This document shows positions 20,156-29,876 of a DNA stretch of 64,000 nt, piece after piece (the stretch's first letter is position 1; every line of letters begins with the position of its first letter). Origin of the DNA: Candidatus Latescibacterota bacterium (lineage in GTDB: Bacteria > Latescibacterota > UBA2968 > GCA-2709665). Below the pieces are notes generated by a model that saw nothing but the letters and a program-made list of their open reading frames with translations, had not been told where the DNA came from and did no database searches. The position numbers and the translations under genes are program-made. The stretch spans positions 4,992,001 to 5,056,000 of the forward strand of contig OZ242358.1 in NCBI GenBank assembly GCA_965208835.1, written 5' to 3'.

Positions 20156-21667
20156 TCACTCGAAAATCTCGAATTTGCCACCCCGTGCGATCAGCACGAC
20201 GGGATCGTATACCGCGTCACCGTCGGCGTTGAAAGTAAACTGGCCCAGGATTGTTTCCAAATCCTGGATTCCCGCCATCGCGTCTCGAATTGCGCTCGCG
20301 TCGGCCGAACCGGCAGTCGCGATCGCTTCCGCGAGAATATGTAGTGCGGCATACGACTGCGCCGACCGGCGACTGGCGTCAATATCGTATTTCGCCTCGA
20401 AATCCTCCACGAAGGCCTGGTTTCCCGGTGTGGCGGCCAGTCTGGTCCATCCTGTAAAGGTAATTACGCCCTCAGCGGCTGCGCCCGCGGCTCGTAGTTC
20501 GTTCAGGGTCGTCTCAAGAGTAATAAAGGGAACACCGGAGGGAACGCCTAGCCGACGGCCCTGGATCAGAATCGCAGACTGTTCTGCTGACAGGGCCGAG
20601 ACGAAGACAGCATCCGGATTCAACGCCTTAATCCGGGTCAACTGATCGGCGAAGGTGGTATCGCCGGTCTCAAAAGTCTCCCTGGCAAGGATCTCGACTC
20701 CGTTTTCAATGAGCGCGCTGCTCAATGTCTCGTCGCTGCTCCGGGAGAAGACATCGATCCGATCATAAATCGCAGCTACCCTCTGATAACCGAGCTTCTC
20801 CCGGGTCTGCCGGACACCGGCAGGCACGAGGACGTCCACGCTGAGCGCAACACGGAAAATAAAGTCGCCGATAGCGCTCAGGCCGGAGGCGCTCGATGTC
20901 GAACTGAACGCCACCACCTGATTCCGTTGCGCGATCGGGAAAACCTCTTTGGCCTCGGTTGAGAGGGTGGGACCGAGAATGGCGGGCACGCCGTCCTGAT
21001 GAATGAGTTTATTGAACGCTTCAACTGCGCCCTCTGCCGATCTTCGCGAATCCTCGATAATGAACGCAATGCTCGCCTCGCCGAGTTTCGATGAGCGGTT
21101 GATCTCGTCGCGGGCGAGCTCAAAGCCGTTCTTCATCTCCAGTCCGCGCGGGGTGGTCAGGGGCAGAACGACGCCAATCGCAATTTCACCTCGGAGACCC
21201 CCTGATGTCGGAAGGGATGAACCGGTCACGCGCGCGGTTCCCCCGACGGGCAAGTCAACCGTCACTTCATACCCGTCATTTATTGGAATACTCGACCACT
21301 TCCCCAACACATGACCGTCCCGCATGGCCCGGGCCCGATAGTATCCGCTCACCCGGTCCCCCCCGATCTCTACCCGCACCTGGCCATCCTCGTCGGTTGT
21401 GCCCGACCATTCGTAACGGACCGCCCGTCCTGAAACTGAACGCGCGAACTCGACGGTGACGCCGCTTACCGGATTCTCATCCTGCATGACCCGGGCCACA
21501 ACCTGAGCGGCCTGGGATTCTCCACTGCCAGCCAGTTTTCCCAATGGCTGGCCGGTCTGATGGTCAGCCTCCAATACCCGCGAGGTCGTCAGGCGTTCAT
21601 CCCCGCAACCCCAGGTTGCGGCAGCGACAAGCGCGAACAGCAACAAACTGCGAACACTGGCTGACAC
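20156..21667 (-). CDS. Lipoprotein: module + LivJ-type domain (subtype A)
   Basis: GTG start behind AAGGGG; ATWGC; paralogue of the 16868 gene. Confidence 0.88.
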   Translation of the reverse strand: MSASVRSLLLFALVAAATWGCGDERLTTSRVLEADHQTGQPLGKLAGSGESQAAQVVARVMQDENPVSGVTVEFARSVSGRAVRYEWSGTTDEDGQVRVEIGGDRVSGYYRARAMRDGHVLGKWSSIPINDGYEVTVDLPVGGTARVTGSSLPTSGGLRGEIAIGVVLPLTTPRGLEMKNGFELARDEINRSSKLGEASIAFIIEDSRRSAEGAVEAFNKLIHQDGVPAILGPTLSTEAKEVFPIAQRNQVVAFSSTSSASGLSAIGDFIFRVALSVDVLVPAGVRQTREKLGYQRVAAIYDRIDVFSRSSDETLSSALIENGVEILARETFETGDTTFADQLTRIKALNPDAVFVSALSAEQSAILIQGRRLGVPSGVPFITLETTLNELRAAGAAAEGVITFTGWTRLAATPGNQAFVEDFEAKYDIDASRRSAQSYAALHILAEAIATAGSADASAIRDAMAGIQDLETILGQFTFNADGDAVYDPVVLIARGGKFEIFE

Positions 21668-21802
21668 TGCAATCCCCTTCGGCTTGAACTCTACCTGTGA
21701 GATGAACTGGCTTGAATGGCTAATCCCTTTGTGTACGGGTAATCGAAACCTACAGGAGCCGTCTTCCCGGGGCATCCGTGATGGTATACAGGATACGCGC
21801 GA

Positions 21803-23326
21803 TCACTCGAAAATCTCGAATTTGCCACCCCGCGCGATCAGCACAACGGGATCGTATACCGCGTCACCGTCGGCGTTGAACGAGAACTTGCCCAGAATCG
21901 TATCCAGATCCCTGATGTCGGCCAATTCGTTTCGAATCGCGTTCGCATCGGTCGAACCTGCGTTTGCGATCGCTTCAGACAAGATGTGCAAAGCCGCAAA
22001 GGACTGCGCGGCCCAGTGGTTGGGATCGGACCCGAATTCCGCCGTGTAGTTCTCGACGAACTCCTGGTTACCTGGCGTCGTTGCCGTTCGGACCCAGCCT
22101 GTAAAGGTGATCGCGCCCTCCGCGGCTTCACCAGCGGCCTGCACTTCGTCTATCGTCAGTTCCGGAACAATATACGGCACATTGGATGGTATGCCGAGCT
22201 GTCGTCCCTCAACCATGATCCGAACCCTGTCGGCCGGCGATATCACCGAGACGAATATGGCGTCCGGGTTCAGCGCCTGGATGCGGGTCAACTGTTCGAC
22301 AAATGTGGAATCGCTCGTTTCAATCGTCTCCCTTGCCAGAATCTCGGCGTTCGCACCGGTCAGTGCGCTCCTCAGCGCCTCGTCGCTGGCCCGCGCAAAG
22401 AAATCGCTCTCATCCACCATCGTCGCCACCCGGCGATAGCCCAGTTTATCCATCGTCTTTTCAACGCCGCCGGGTACGAGTACGCCCAGACTGAGGCCGG
22501 CGCGGAAAATGTAGTCGCCGATAGCGCTCAGACCGGGGGCAACCGACGTTGAACTGAAGGCGACCACCTGGCTCTGCTGCGCGACGGGGAACGCCGCCAC
22601 GGCCCCGGTGGAAAGCGCCGGGCCGAGAATCACCGGTACTCCGTCCTGACGAATCAGCTTGTGGAACGCTTCAACCGCGCCTTCCGCGGTGCCCCGGGAG
22701 TTCCCGACAATGAAAGAGATGGACGCTCCGCCCAGCCGGGATGAACCGTTGATCTCCGCGCGGGCAAGTTCAAAGCCATTCATAATCGGCTGACTGAAGG
22801 GACGCTGCGTTTCTTCCCAGGGCAGCACCAGTCCGATCAGAATCTGCTCGGGAAGGCCTCCCGGCGTCAATCTTAATGAACCGGTCACACGGGACTTTTC
22901 ACCGATCGGCAATTCAACCGTGGATTCGTATCCCGCGTTGACGGGAATGCTGGACCAGGAACCCAGTGCGGTCCCACCATGCATGGCCCGCGCCCTATAA
23001 TAACCGCTCACCCGGTTTCCCGCAATCTCGACGCGTGTGCGCCCACGCGCATCCGTCTCTCCGGACCACGCAAAATCCGCCGCCCGTCCGGAGACGGATC
23101 GAGCGAAATCGACGGTGACGCCGCTCAGTGGCGCCTGGTCCCGGCGAACGCGAACGATGACCGAGGCGTGAGTCATGCTTTCGTCTGCAGCGAGTTTGCC
23201 CGCCCCGCGCCCAACATCGTCCTCTGCTTCCGGAAGCTGCGACGTTGTCAGGCGGTCGCCGCCGCAGCTCCAGGCCACGCCAGCGATAAGTGTAAATGCC
23301 AGCGCGCCTCCGAAATTGTTGAACAA
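21803..23326 (-). CDS. Lipoprotein: module + LivJ-type domain (subtype A)
   Basis: TTG start at 23326 behind AGGAGG gives 507 aa, matching the paralogues; VAWSC. Confidence 0.86.
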   Translation of the reverse strand: MFNNFGGALAFTLIAGVAWSCGGDRLTTSQLPEAEDDVGRGAGKLAADESMTHASVIVRVRRDQAPLSGVTVDFARSVSGRAADFAWSGETDARGRTRVEIAGNRVSGYYRARAMHGGTALGSWSSIPVNAGYESTVELPIGEKSRVTGSLRLTPGGLPEQILIGLVLPWEETQRPFSQPIMNGFELARAEINGSSRLGGASISFIVGNSRGTAEGAVEAFHKLIRQDGVPVILGPALSTGAVAAFPVAQQSQVVAFSSTSVAPGLSAIGDYIFRAGLSLGVLVPGGVEKTMDKLGYRRVATMVDESDFFARASDEALRSALTGANAEILARETIETSDSTFVEQLTRIQALNPDAIFVSVISPADRVRIMVEGRQLGIPSNVPYIVPELTIDEVQAAGEAAEGAITFTGWVRTATTPGNQEFVENYTAEFGSDPNHWAAQSFAALHILSEAIANAGSTDANAIRNELADIRDLDTILGKFSFNADGDAVYDPVVLIARGGKFEIFE

Positions 23327-23741
23327 ACCGAACCTCCTTGTGTTCTGTCCCAATAATGCCTCACCATTCTCCCGCCGATTCATCCCGTCTCGCTGCCTTG
23401 CTTGTGCCGCCTGTGCCGAGCCGGCCGAAGCAAGTTTGCCTGCATTGCCTGCGCCGTCTGCACTGAGCATGTCGAAGTGCGCTTGTCGAAATGTCGAAGC
23501 GCTTTCGCTCACCTTCATTGAAAGCGCAAAATGACAGGCAGCCCTCACTGCCTGTCATTTCAGGTAGTCCCAACCAGTCGTTGCGGAAAATCCCGACCGG
23601 TGAACCGTACGCTCGCCTGGGAAACCGGAGTAGACCGTCGCCGGAAATCGATGTTTTTCGTTTCTTAAACAACGTTCAGATTTGCATTGAATGAGTTCGA
23701 ACCCCGAATACGGTTCCTCCTCCCGACTGCCGGCCGGCGCA

Positions 23742-25361
23742 TCAGGGCACGAAACGATAGACCACAGGCAACTGCGCCGGGTCTACGATGCCCGTGTCCG
23801 TGTGGTGGTAGATGTTCACACGCCCGGTGCCGCAGTCTCCGAACGCGTCACAGGTGAGTTCGCCGATGAGACCGGGAAAGCCGGCCGTGGCGCCCACCTC
23901 CGCGCGCAGTGCGACGCGGTCTATGTATAACGTTCCGCCATCGGCCACCGCAACCGAGTTGATGGCGCTCAGTAGCAGCGTTGTGGCGTCGTACGAGTGT
24001 GCCCAGAACGGATTGGGATGGGTACCGCCGAAGTTAGACTGGATTTCAGCGAGAACCGCGTCTCCGTTCTTGCCGGTTGCGATATTGACGTTTTCGCCGT
24101 GAACCGGCTCCGGTCCGGCAAAGTAAATACCCTCGGACTGCGGTGTGCCGAGGAACTCAGACAGGAGCAGGGCCGCGTCAGTGAGGAGCGTAGCTTCATT
24201 CAGACCATCGACCCTCTTGAGCTGCTCAACGAATGGCGAGCCTTCCTCAATGAAGAGCGGGAAGAAGATGCCGTCGGGTTCGGCGGCAACGAATTCCGAG
24301 AGGATATCGGTCATATCCGTCTCTTTCTTCTCAATTCTCGCCATAACCGGGACCTCGCCGCCGAGTGCGCTGAACGCGTTGCCGAATGCGCCGGTGAGGC
24401 CCATGGTGTAGGGGTCGCCATCGTCAATGGAAACCACCCGCCGAAGGCCCAGTTCGTTGTATGCGAAGTCCGCGATCGCCTGTGCCTGATAGAGATCGTT
24501 GTTGGCCGTTCGGAAATAGCCTGGATGATAATCTGAACCTGGGTTGCCCAAAAGGTCGGAGGTGAGTACAGGCGACGTGTTGGCCGGCGAAACCATCACC
24601 AGTCCGGCCGCGCTGAGCAGAGGCGAAGCCGCCACCGCGGAGCCGGAACACAATGTGCCGATGACGCCGATCACCTGCGGGTTGGCGATGATCTGCCCCG
24701 CACCGGCGCTTCCGCCATCCGCCGAACACATGCCGTCAATGGGCCCGCCGAGTTCAACCTCGTGGCCATGGATGGCGCCGAAGTCTCTGATGGCCAGTTC
24801 GGCGCTGTAACGCGCCCAATCCGAAACCGTCGGCACGACCACGTGCGCAAGCACCGTACGGATCTGAACCGGCTGGCCTTCGCCGATCGTCACCACGTCA
24901 CGGGCGGCCGTACCCGTCACGAGGGCGCTGCCGTCGACGGGCAGATCAACCTTCGTTTCATATCCGTCGTTGACCGGGATACTCGACCACGAGCCCAGAA
25001 CGTCGCCATCCTGCACGGCCCGCGCCCGGTAGTAGCCGCCAATTCCCGGTCCGCCGATTACGACCCGTGCCCGGCCGCGGGAATCGGTTGTGCCCGACCA
25101 CTCGAAGTGGGCCGCCCGGCCTGATACCGAACGCGCGAACTCAACGGTGACGCCGCTGACGGCCGCGTCGCCCTGCTGCACGCGGGCCAGCACCGCAGCC
25201 TGTTCATTGTTTCCACCGAACGCGTGCTTGCCGAGAGGCTGGACTGCCTGTCCCTCGGTTTCCGGCGCCTGCGACGTCGTTACGCGTTCACCGCCGCAGC
25301 TCCATGCCACACCCGCGGCAAGCGCCAACACAAGCACACTGAGACGACATCGGGACATCAC
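23742..25361 (-). CDS. Lipoprotein: module + Cys-containing LivJ-type domain (subtype B)
   Basis: VAWSC, GKHA linker, GVIGTLCSGSA, LTCDAFGDCG. Confidence 0.88.
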   Translation of the reverse strand: MMSRCRLSVLVLALAAGVAWSCGGERVTTSQAPETEGQAVQPLGKHAFGGNNEQAAVLARVQQGDAAVSGVTVEFARSVSGRAAHFEWSGTTDSRGRARVVIGGPGIGGYYRARAVQDGDVLGSWSSIPVNDGYETKVDLPVDGSALVTGTAARDVVTIGEGQPVQIRTVLAHVVVPTVSDWARYSAELAIRDFGAIHGHEVELGGPIDGMCSADGGSAGAGQIIANPQVIGVIGTLCSGSAVAASPLLSAAGLVMVSPANTSPVLTSDLLGNPGSDYHPGYFRTANNDLYQAQAIADFAYNELGLRRVVSIDDGDPYTMGLTGAFGNAFSALGGEVPVMARIEKKETDMTDILSEFVAAEPDGIFFPLFIEEGSPFVEQLKRVDGLNEATLLTDAALLLSEFLGTPQSEGIYFAGPEPVHGENVNIATGKNGDAVLAEIQSNFGGTHPNPFWAHSYDATTLLLSAINSVAVADGGTLYIDRVALRAEVGATAGFPGLIGELTCDAFGDCGTGRVNIYHHTDTGIVDPAQLPVVYRFVP

Positions 25362-25501
25362 AGGTATCCACCATTTTCGAAGAAGCAGGCCGATCCGGGT
25401 ATCGTCCCGGAGAAGCCGACGAACACTTCACGAACCTGCCCATGAATTCCGGGTAAGACAACCACCGGGCTCAGGAATTCAGAAAACTGCGAGGCGAGAA
25501 C

Positions 25502-27019
25502 TTACTCGAACAACTCGAATGCGCCGTCCCGAACAACAAGCACGATGGGATCGTAGACCGCGTCGCCGTCGGCGTTGAACGAAAATCGACCCAGAACGGT
25601 GTCTACATCACGAGTATCCGCCATTTCATCCCTGATAGCGCTTGCACTCGTCGATCCGGCGTCCGCAATTGCATCCGCGAGAATGTGCAGGGACGCGTAC
25701 GAGAGTGCGGCCCACGGACCCGGTTCATTACCGTATTTCGCATTGTAACCGTCGACAAAGGTCTGATTTCCGGGCGTGGAAGCGTTGGTTGCCCAACTCG
25801 TAATGCTGACAACGCGTTCCGCGGCGTCTCCGGCGGCAACCACTTCATCCATCGTCATTTCGGGGATGATTATGGGGACACTCGAGGGAATCCCTATTTC
25901 GCGGGCCTGCTTCATAATGGGGATCATTTCCGCCGCCAGGCACGAAACAAAGAGGGCGTGCGGACTTAAATCCTTGATGGCGTTCAACTGGTCCGTGAAC
26001 GAGGTGTCTCCCGTTTCAAACGTCTCACGGGTCAGAATCTCGACGTCTCCCTCCGCCAGGGCATTGCTGATTGCCTCATCCAGGCTCTTGGAATAGACGT
26101 CGGCGTCGTCCACCATTGTGGCGACCCTGCTAAACCTCAGTTTCTCCTGCAGATTCTTGACGGCGCCCGGGACCAGCGTACCCACGTTGAGACCGGCGCG
26201 GAAGATATAATCGCCAATCGCGCTCAGGCCGACCGCGGTCGAGATCGAACTGAACGCCAGGACCTCGTTTTGTTGGGCGATCGGGAACACTTCTTTTGCC
26301 ACGGTGGAAATTGCCGGACCCAGAATAACGTCTACGCCGTCCTCTTTGATGAGTTTGTTGAACGCGGCCGCGGCGGCGTCGATTGCGCCCTCTGAATCCT
26401 CGACGATGAACTCGATGCGAGCGCCACCGAGTCTGGATGAATTGTTGATCTCCTCCAGAGCGAACTCGAATCCTTCCATTGCAGGGTCGCCGTATTGGGT
26501 CTGCGGACCGGTCAGCGGCATGGCGACGCCGATGGCGATCTTTGCAGGCAGACCGCCTGGCGTCAGAGCGATGGAACCGGTAGCGCTTGCTTTTTCGCCT
26601 ATCCGCAGTTCAACCGACGACTGATATCCACTGTTGACCGGTATGCTGGACCACGAACCGATCTCGCTCCCGTCACGCATCGCCCGCGCCCGGTAGTAGC
26701 CGGTCACCCCGGCGCCGCCGATATCCACGTGGGCCTGGCCGCGTGCGTTGGTCGATCCCGACCAGTCGAAACTGGCCGATTGACCTGAAATCGAACGCGC
26801 GAGTTCGACTGTGACGCCACTCACACGTGTCTCGCCGTCTCGAACACACGCCACCACAACCGCACGCATCATGCCATTGAGGGCCAGCTTGCCGGCGGGT
26901 TGACCGAACTGTTCTCCGGACTCCGGTACGTGCGACGTTGTCAGGCGTTCACGACCGCAACCCCACGTCAGACTCACTGCCACTGCGAATACAAACAAAC
27001 TGCGCATACCGCTAAACAT
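25502..27019 (-). CDS. Lipoprotein: module + LivJ-type domain (subtype A)
   Basis: LTWGC, GKLA, IAIGVAMPLTG; first gene of the array in transcription order. Confidence 0.88.
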   Translation of the reverse strand: MFSGMRSLFVFAVAVSLTWGCGRERLTTSHVPESGEQFGQPAGKLALNGMMRAVVVACVRDGETRVSGVTVELARSISGQSASFDWSGSTNARGQAHVDIGGAGVTGYYRARAMRDGSEIGSWSSIPVNSGYQSSVELRIGEKASATGSIALTPGGLPAKIAIGVAMPLTGPQTQYGDPAMEGFEFALEEINNSSRLGGARIEFIVEDSEGAIDAAAAAFNKLIKEDGVDVILGPAISTVAKEVFPIAQQNEVLAFSSISTAVGLSAIGDYIFRAGLNVGTLVPGAVKNLQEKLRFSRVATMVDDADVYSKSLDEAISNALAEGDVEILTRETFETGDTSFTDQLNAIKDLSPHALFVSCLAAEMIPIMKQAREIGIPSSVPIIIPEMTMDEVVAAGDAAERVVSITSWATNASTPGNQTFVDGYNAKYGNEPGPWAALSYASLHILADAIADAGSTSASAIRDEMADTRDVDTVLGRFSFNADGDAVYDPIVLVVRDGAFELFE

Positions 27020-27407
27020 GACGATCCCTCCCAATGCTGCGGGTTACCAGCGAAAAGAGCCCGAACGCCACAAGCAGTGTCCTCAAATAACGCCCACTGA
27101 GACTGGCCCCCGACTCCTTCACCATTCTGATTGAAGAAGCGAATGAACCGGACGACGAACGTACTTGCTTCAGCATTCGAACGGGTTGTAAGATTTAACC
27201 GTAATATTGAATATAAGTGCAATTTCCATGTTCACAAGGGCATGTCTGGATTTCTCAAAAAAAACCCGAATCATTTTGCCGGAATTCGAGCGGTCAACGT
27301 TTGAACAGTTACAATGCATCGTCAATCGGTCACGCCTCGAACGCCCTTCCTGTCAGGTATTTCCTTCCCTGCTTCTCGGCAGGCGCCCGGAAACCGCGGA
27401 CGGTCGG

Positions 27408-29033
27408 CTATATGCCGAGAATCCCTCTCGCCGCCTGTCGCGCCTCGTCCATCGTGTCGACAATGCGATGCCTCGGTACATGCTTGAGGATACCGAGCGC
27501 GTTCAGGGTCCTCGGAACCAGGCCGGACAGTCCCATCACAATGCACTCGGTTTTCTCGCTCCTGGCGATGTCCATGAGCTGCCCGATGACCCTGGCTGCG
27601 CTGTCGTCCAGATACGTGGCCCCGGAGAAGTCGAGGATAACCACCTCGTGGTCTTTGATATTCGCGCCGATCACGCTTGCCAGCTTGCGGGAGGATGCGA
27701 CGGTGAGGCTTCCCCCGAGTTCAACCTGTCCCACACGAGCTGAGTCCGGTCTGAAGGCGGCCACGTCAATGTCCTCCTCCCCGGAAAAGAACGTCCGGTC
27801 CAGCAGGGGCACGGAGACCACGCTGTCCAGCGCCAGGCGCTCCAGTTGCCGCGCGTGTACCATGCCCGCAACGATAAGGCCGATCGCTACGGCGGTCACC
27901 AGGTCGAAAAAGACCGTGAGGCCCAGAGTAATCAGCATCACCAGAAGCTGTTCGCGGCGCATGCGGTGGACCCGCGCGAGAAGACGCCAGTCTACGATAT
28001 CCCATCCGACTTTCATCAGGATTCCGGCGAGAACCGCATGCGGAATCGGCACCACGTACCGGCCGAGGCCGAGCAGGAGACCGAGCATCAGTATCGCATA
28101 CAGTGCGCCCGATACGGGCGTTTCCCCTCCGGCGCGTATATTGGTTACGGTTCCCGTTGTCGACCCCGCGCCAGGGAGACCGCCGAACAGTCCCGAGACC
28201 ATATTGCCGACGCCCTGCCCCATCAGTTCCCGGCTCGGATTGTGCCTCGTACCCTTGAACGAGTCGGCAACCAGAGAGGTCTGGAGGCTGTCCACCGAAC
28301 CCAGCAGGGCGAGAATGAGCGCGGGCACCAACGCATGCACCAGAAAGCTGACGGGGGGCACCGTAAGTCGCAGTTCCGGCAATCCGTTCGGTATCCGGCC
28401 GATGACCGGCACGTCCGTCAGCCAGAGCACGCCGAGCGTCGTCCCCGCGACCAGCGCCAGCAGTGGGCCGGGGAGGTATCTGGCCAGCCTTCGGGGCCAG
28501 ACCGTGCACACAACGAGTGCGACGACAGCGATGGCCACCGCGTTGTAGTTCACGTTCTCAACCGCGTCAAACACCGCGCGGGTCGTGCCGATTACACCGC
28601 CCGGCGCCAGGGCAGAGCCGAGGAACGGAAGGATGTGAATCACCATGATGATGATGCCGATACCGGACATGAATCCCGAGATCACCACGCGCGGCGTATA
28701 GGCCACGAATCGGCCGATCCTCGAAAGGCCCAGCAACACCTGCAGCAACCCGGCCATAACCACCACGGTCAGCGCTTCAGCGAGGTTGGACGTATAGATT
28801 GAGACAATGACCACGAAAGCGACGGTCATCGGCGCCGTAGGCCCCGAAATCCGTGGCCGCGTACCGCCGAATACCGCCGCGAAGAAGCCGACCGCGATCG
28901 CGCCGTACATGCCGGCCGCCGCGCCCATGCCTGACGCGACCCCCAGCGCCAACGCGACAGGCAGCGCCGCGAAGGTTGCCGTGACACCGCCTGAAATGTC
29001 CCCCCGGAGCGTTTGGTGATCGATTTTCGTCAT
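27408..29033 (-). CDS. SulP/SLC26 anion (possibly bicarbonate) permease with STAS domain
   Basis: GDISGGVTA..ALPVALALGVASG, ISGPTAPM, ELMGQGVGN, STAS motif VILDFSGATYLDDSA. Confidence 0.9.
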   Translation of the reverse strand: MTKIDHQTLRGDISGGVTATFAALPVALALGVASGMGAAAGMYGAIAVGFFAAVFGGTRPRISGPTAPMTVAFVVIVSIYTSNLAEALTVVVMAGLLQVLLGLSRIGRFVAYTPRVVISGFMSGIGIIIMVIHILPFLGSALAPGGVIGTTRAVFDAVENVNYNAVAIAVVALVVCTVWPRRLARYLPGPLLALVAGTTLGVLWLTDVPVIGRIPNGLPELRLTVPPVSFLVHALVPALILALLGSVDSLQTSLVADSFKGTRHNPSRELMGQGVGNMVSGLFGGLPGAGSTTGTVTNIRAGGETPVSGALYAILMLGLLLGLGRYVVPIPHAVLAGILMKVGWDIVDWRLLARVHRMRREQLLVMLITLGLTVFFDLVTAVAIGLIVAGMVHARQLERLALDSVVSVPLLDRTFFSGEEDIDVAAFRPDSARVGQVELGGSLTVASSRKLASVIGANIKDHEVVILDFSGATYLDDSAARVIGQLMDIARSEKTECIVMGLSGLVPRTLNALGILKHVPRHRIVDTMDEARQAARGILGI

Positions 29034-29207
29034 ATAATATCCCTGGCGAGGCTTCTTGATGTTCAGCCGGACCAGATGGGTGGCAGGGAACGCGCGCGCC
29101 AATTCGATGGACCGATCACTGCAAACCAGGCGACAGGCTTGACATTACCCGCACATACCTTATCATTTATATGAAACATCTACTTCCAATCAGGAAAGGA
29201 ATGGACG

Positions 29208-29864
29208 ATGCTGAGATTCCCCGAAGAACTCATGCTTCTCATACTCGACGACGAGAACGGGAGATTCGCACGCGTGCCGGATCAGTCCCTGCGCTATGCG
29301 CTGGCGGGCGGGGTGCTGATGGACCTGGCGATGGAGAACCGCATTGACACCGATCCGGACCGGCTGGTCCTGGTGGATTCGACCCCGGTTCAGGACAGCC
29401 TTCTCGATCCCACGCTTGCCGACATTTCGCAGGCTGACGAAACCCACGATGCGCGCTTCTGGGTGGAACGCACCGCCATTCGCAGCGCCGCCGGCATTCG
29501 GGAAGCGTCTCTTGACCGGCTGGTTGAAAAGGGCATCCTCGAACGCCGGGACGACCGGTTTCTGTGGGTCTTCCGGTCACGGCGTTACCCCGCCGTGGAC
29601 GACCAGGCCGAGCGGGAAGTCAAGCTCAGGATAATGGAGATCCTGTTCAGCGACGAGATCCCCGACCCTCGCGACGTGGTGATCATCAGCCTTGCGCACG
29701 CCTGCAATCTCTTCAGCCAGATTCTGTCTGCCAGAGAACTGGCGCGCGTGGCCCCCCGCATCAACCAGGTGAGAAAACTCGATCTGATCGGACAGGCGAC
29801 GTTTCGGGCGATCACGGAAATCGAACTCTCGCTCGCCCTCGCGGTTCAGATGCGTCCGTATTAA
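29208..29864 (+). CDS. GPP34/GOLPH3 family protein
   Basis: EELMLLILDDENG, ALAGGVLMDLAMENRI, LVEKGIL..FLWVF..RRYP pattern. Confidence 0.78.
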   Translation: MLRFPEELMLLILDDENGRFARVPDQSLRYALAGGVLMDLAMENRIDTDPDRLVLVDSTPVQDSLLDPTLADISQADETHDARFWVERTAIRSAAGIREASLDRLVEKGILERRDDRFLWVFRSRRYPAVDDQAEREVKLRIMEILFSDEIPDPRDVVIISLAHACNLFSQILSARELARVAPRINQVRKLDLIGQATFRAITEIELSLALAVQMRPY

Positions 29865-29876
29865 TGTCCTGCCCGA

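Noticed and set aside
23327-23548. 581-aa version of the fourth lipoprotein
   Set aside because: It would bury the signal peptide; TTG 23326 has a strong RBS and matches paralogue lengths.
16868-27019. Diversity-generating retroelement or invertible shufflon behind the lipoprotein array
   Set aside because: No reverse transcriptase or recombinase; all genes are on one strand; the near-identical 3' tracts differ at only two synonymous sites.
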